Shown piece after piece: positions 60,838-64,000 of a stretch of DNA of 64,000 nt. A program made the position numbers and the translations under genes. The DNA lies in contig JAUWNI010000004.1 in assembly GCA_030612705.1 (NCBI GenBank), forward strand, positions 4,703 to 68,702, in the 5' to 3' direction. The notes beneath the pieces are model-generated. The model had not been told where the DNA came from and made no database searches. It worked only from the letters and a program-made list of their open reading frames with translations. This DNA comes from Phycisphaerae bacterium. GTDB lineage: Bacteria; Planctomycetota; Phycisphaerae; UBA1845; Fen-1342. The number at the start of each line of letters is the position of its first letter. The first letter of the stretch is position 1.

Positions 60838-62100
60838 CTACATTTCCTTTCGCGGGTCCGTGATTTCGCCATATAGCGCCGACGCAGCGACCGTCGCCGG
60901 GGCGGCGAGGTAGATTTCCGCCTCTTTGCAACCCATGCGTCCCTTGAAGTTTCGGTTTGCGGTGGACAGACAAGCCTCACCCGGAGCGAGTACGCCCTGA
61001 TGCGCTCCGAGACACGGCCCGCAGCCCGGCGGCAAAACCGTCGCGCCCGCTCGCGAGAGCGTCAGCATAGTCCCATCTTCGGTTGCCGCCTCGAAAACCG
61101 CGCGCGAGGCCGGCAAGACCAGCAGCCGCACGTTCGGCGATATTCGCTTGCCTTTGAGAATTCCCGCCGCCTCCCGCAAATCATTCAGCCGGCCGTTCGT
61201 GCAGGTGCCCAGCAAACACTGGTTGATCCTGGTGCCGGCGGCCTCGCCGACGGGGCAGACGTTGTCGACGGTATGCGGCTTGGCCACGACCGGTTCGAGC
61301 GCGGCCAGATCGTATTCCAGCTCGCGTACATAGTCCGCGTCGGCGTCCGCCCATAGCGGCTCGTAGCTGCCGCGCGCGACGCCGACCTGTTCGAGATACT
61401 CGACCGTCTGCTCGTCCACGGGGAAGACGGCGACCTTGGCTCCCATCTCGATGCCCATGTTGGCGACGGTGAAGCGCTCGGGGACGGAGAGGTTCGCGAT
61501 ATCGCCGTGAAACTCAACCGCGGAGTAGGTCGCTCCGTCGGCGCCGATGTCGCCGATGATCCGCAGGACCAGGTCCTTTGCGCCGACGCCGGGCTGGAAA
61601 CGGCCGCGGAGCGTGATGCGTAACGTGGGCGGGACCTTGAGCCAGGTCTGACCGGTGAGCAACAGGGCGGCGGACTCGGTGCGATCGACCCCGGTGGAAA
61701 AGACGCCGAGCGCTCCGTACGAGCACGTGTGTGAATCGCTGCCGACGATAATCGTGCCGGGCCGGGCGTGCCCTTTTTCGACGAGTATTTGGTGGCAGAT
61801 ACCCTCACCGACGTCGTAGAAGTTGTGAATGCCGTACTTTGCAACGAACTCGCGCACGTTCTTGTGCCCCGTGGCGGTTTTCTCATTGGCCGCCGGGGTC
61901 ACGTGGTCAAGCACGATCACCGACAGGTCGGGACTCACGACGCCGTACTGCGCCAAATCGTCGCCGATCTTGCCGATGATCGCGGCGGTGTTGTCGTGCG
62001 TGAGCAAGTGCGCCGGTCGCACAGTTACGATCTGGCTGACGGCGACCTCATCCAGACCCGCCGCCCGCGCCAGAACCTTTTGAGCAAACGTCTGTCCCAT
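60838..62100 (-). CDS. Aconitase-family dehydratase large subunit (LeuC/HacA-like, 420 aa)
   Basis: HLLTHDNTAA, GICHQ, VGSDSHTCSYGALG, LGTCTNGR and PGCGPCLGAH include the Fe-S ligand cysteines. STANRNFKGRMG is also present. Confidence 0.88.
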   Translation of the reverse strand: MGQTFAQKVLARAAGLDEVAVSQIVTVRPAHLLTHDNTAAIIGKIGDDLAQYGVVSPDLSVIVLDHVTPAANEKTATGHKNVREFVAKYGIHNFYDVGEGICHQILVEKGHARPGTIIVGSDSHTCSYGALGVFSTGVDRTESAALLLTGQTWLKVPPTLRITLRGRFQPGVGAKDLVLRIIGDIGADGATYSAVEFHGDIANLSVPERFTVANMGIEMGAKVAVFPVDEQTVEYLEQVGVARGSYEPLWADADADYVRELEYDLAALEPVVAKPHTVDNVCPVGEAAGTRINQCLLGTCTNGRLNDLREAAGILKGKRISPNVRLLVLPASRAVFEAATEDGTMLTLSRAGATVLPPGCGPCLGAHQGVLAPGEACLSTANRNFKGRMGCKEAEIYLAAPATVAASALYGEITDPRKEM

Positions 62101-62102
62101 GG

Positions 62103-63926
62103 CTAATTCCCTCTGGCGGCAAACAGGCCGCCCCGCTGGTAGATGGCCAACTGTGCTTCGGAAACCGGCGTGCCGGCGATCTCCTGCCCGCCGGCCACCC
62201 GCCGGATTTTCCCGGTGCGGAAGTCGATCTCGACCTCTTCACCGTCGGCGATGTCCGATGCGCTGGTATCGGCGGCCATGATGGCGAAGCCGGCGTTGAT
62301 GGCATTGCGCTCGTATATGGCGCCGAACGACTCGGCCACGATCGCCGCCACGCCCAGCGCCTTGAAGCAATCGACCGCCTGCTGCCGCGAGCTGCCGCAG
62401 CCAAAGTTCTTGCCGGTGACGACGATGTCGCCCGGCTTGACCTTTTTCGCGAAATCCTCCCAGCCTTCCAGGTTGTCGAAGGTGTACTGCCCCATCTCTG
62501 CCAGGTCGGTAATCGTCAGATAGCGGTTGTGGTAGATCATGTCGGTGTCGATGTTGTCCTGCGCGATCCTCCAAACGCGCCCCTTGATCTTGGTAGGACG
62601 CTCAACAGAAGGGCTGCGGGCTTCAGCCCGCGCGGCCGTGATTTCCTTAGCCGGTTTCGGTTGCGCGAACCTCACCGGCTCGGCCGGTATCGCGTCACGG
62701 GTCGCAATCACCCCCGCGACAGCACTGGCGGCCGCCGTCTCCGGCGATGCCAGGTAGACGCTGCCCTTGCCTTGTTTGCCGGGAAAATTGCGGTTGCCGG
62801 TGCTGACGGTTACTTCGCCGGGACCGTTCTGACCGATCTGCCCCGCCGCGCAGCCGGCACAGCCGGCGTTGCCGAAGAGCGCTCCCGCATCTTTGAAGGT
62901 CTTGACCACGCCCTCATTCAACAGCCGCCGCCAAACCTCGTCTGTCGCCGGCACTACCTTCAACACCACCCCGGGAGCGACCTTGCGACCCTCAAGTACT
63001 CGCGCGGCGGCGACCAGGTCCTCGTACCGCCCGTTCGTGCACGAGCCGATGAACACCGAGTCCACCTTTGTACTCGCGACCTCGGACGTCGGCACTGCGT
63101 CGTCCGGATGGCCCGGTCGGGCAACCATCGGCCCGATCCCATTGATACTCACTGTAATGTCGTCGGCGTACTCGGCGTCCGGGTCGGCATAGACCGGCTC
63201 TACCTTTCGCCCGCTCGCCTGCTCGCAGAAGTCGAGCACCACCTGGTTCGGCGGAAACAGCACAATAATGCCGCCCATCTCCGTGCACATCGACGCCAGC
63301 GTGATGCGGCCAGGCACGTCCAACTGATCGACATACGGACCGTACAACTCGGCGGCAAAGCCGAGCAGGCCGTTGGCGCCGAAGTGCTTGCACAGTGCCA
63401 GCGTCACGTCCTTCGGCGTGGCATTGGCCGCTGGCTGACCCTCAACGCGCACCTTTACCGTTGGCGGAACCTTGAACCAGACCGTGCCGAACGCAAAGGC
63501 GTGGGCGATGTCCTGGTCGCCCATCCCTTGCCCGAACGCGCCGATGGCCCCCATGATATTCGCGTGCGAGTCGGTCGATACGAACGTTTCACCCGGACAC
63601 ACCATCCCGCGATCCATCGCCAGATGCGTGCCGATGCCGGCGTTGATATCGCAGATCTCGATCCCGGTCTCGCGGGCGAACAGCCGACAAAGCTGCTGGT
63701 TCTCGGCGTAGCGCTGGTCGGAGCCGCCGGGGTTACAGTCGAAAGTGAAAAATGTCTTCACGGGATCGGCGACAGACAGACTGTTGTCGCGGATGTTCTT
63801 GACGACGTTGGCGCCGCCGAAGTCACGGGCCACACGGGCGTCGATCACCACGTCGACGATATCGCCGGGCCGCACATCTTTGCCGGCGTGTTTGCCGAGG
63901 ATTTTTTCTACGATTGTTTTTCCCAT
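62103..63926 (-). CDS. Fused aconitase-family dehydratase (LeuC-like large domain + linker + LeuD-like swivel domain, 607 aa)
   Basis: The large-domain motifs are VSTDSHANIMGAIG, IGSCTNGR, GCAGCAAGQ and STGNRNFPGKQG. After a linker (PAEPVRFAQPKPAKE...) come RVWRIAQDNIDTDMIYH and GKNFGCGSSRQQAV. Confidence 0.85.
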   Translation of the reverse strand: MGKTIVEKILGKHAGKDVRPGDIVDVVIDARVARDFGGANVVKNIRDNSLSVADPVKTFFTFDCNPGGSDQRYAENQQLCRLFARETGIEICDINAGIGTHLAMDRGMVCPGETFVSTDSHANIMGAIGAFGQGMGDQDIAHAFAFGTVWFKVPPTVKVRVEGQPAANATPKDVTLALCKHFGANGLLGFAAELYGPYVDQLDVPGRITLASMCTEMGGIIVLFPPNQVVLDFCEQASGRKVEPVYADPDAEYADDITVSINGIGPMVARPGHPDDAVPTSEVASTKVDSVFIGSCTNGRYEDLVAAARVLEGRKVAPGVVLKVVPATDEVWRRLLNEGVVKTFKDAGALFGNAGCAGCAAGQIGQNGPGEVTVSTGNRNFPGKQGKGSVYLASPETAAASAVAGVIATRDAIPAEPVRFAQPKPAKEITAARAEARSPSVERPTKIKGRVWRIAQDNIDTDMIYHNRYLTITDLAEMGQYTFDNLEGWEDFAKKVKPGDIVVTGKNFGCGSSRQQAVDCFKALGVAAIVAESFGAIYERNAINAGFAIMAADTSASDIADGEEVEIDFRTGKIRRVAGGQEIAGTPVSEAQLAIYQRGGLFAARGN

Positions 63927-64000
63927 AGCAATCTCCTACCGCCATCGGGACCGACCTTGAAACCCTCAGCCCCTCGGTCCCTTGAACCCTTGACCCCTAC

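Overview
High-GC bacterial chromosome segment. The gene content (dockerin-like and PEP-CTERM secreted proteins, an ECF sigma factor coupled to a Ser/Thr kinase, TPR proteins) suggests Planctomycetota, but that is inference only. All family calls come from motifs I recognise in the supplied translations; no database search was run.

Layout:
- 0-11 kb: housekeeping genes, including a sortilin-like BNR protein open at the window edge, accA, DUF971, a DUF2617-like protein, a UvrA that stops after its first ATPase module, and TPR proteins. An IS1634 transposase remnant also lies here.
- 11.6-25.6 kb: a late flagellar cluster, flgF-flgG-flgA-flgH-flgI-(flgJ-like)-(flgN-like)-flgK-flgL-fliW-csrA followed by two flagellins.
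- 26-29 kb: cls and rsgA.
- 29-39.7 kb: a patchy accessory stretch. It holds a PEP-CTERM protein, a pilT remnant, an alpha/beta hydrolase, a Ycf46-type AAA+ ATPase, a dockerin-like secreted protein and an orphan 411-aa protein. It also holds a lower-GC cassette with its own promoter, encoding two tiny ORFs and an orphan 504-aa protein with a papain-like Cys-His-Asp signature.
- 40-49 kb: gdhA, a receiver-PEP/pyruvate-binding protein, an MTA deaminase/phosphorylase pair, a PduO-type adenosyltransferase and DUF72.
- 50-55.3 kb: a second dockerin-like protein and an ECF sigma / anti-sigma-kinase-TPR pair.
- 56-64 kb: a split ATP-citrate-lyase-like module (citryl-CoA lyase plus a two-subunit synthetase, the large subunit carrying an Fe-S-like tail) behind two aconitase-family dehydratases.

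Intergenic DNA carries several families of structured repeats. No rRNA, tRNA or CRISPR array was seen.
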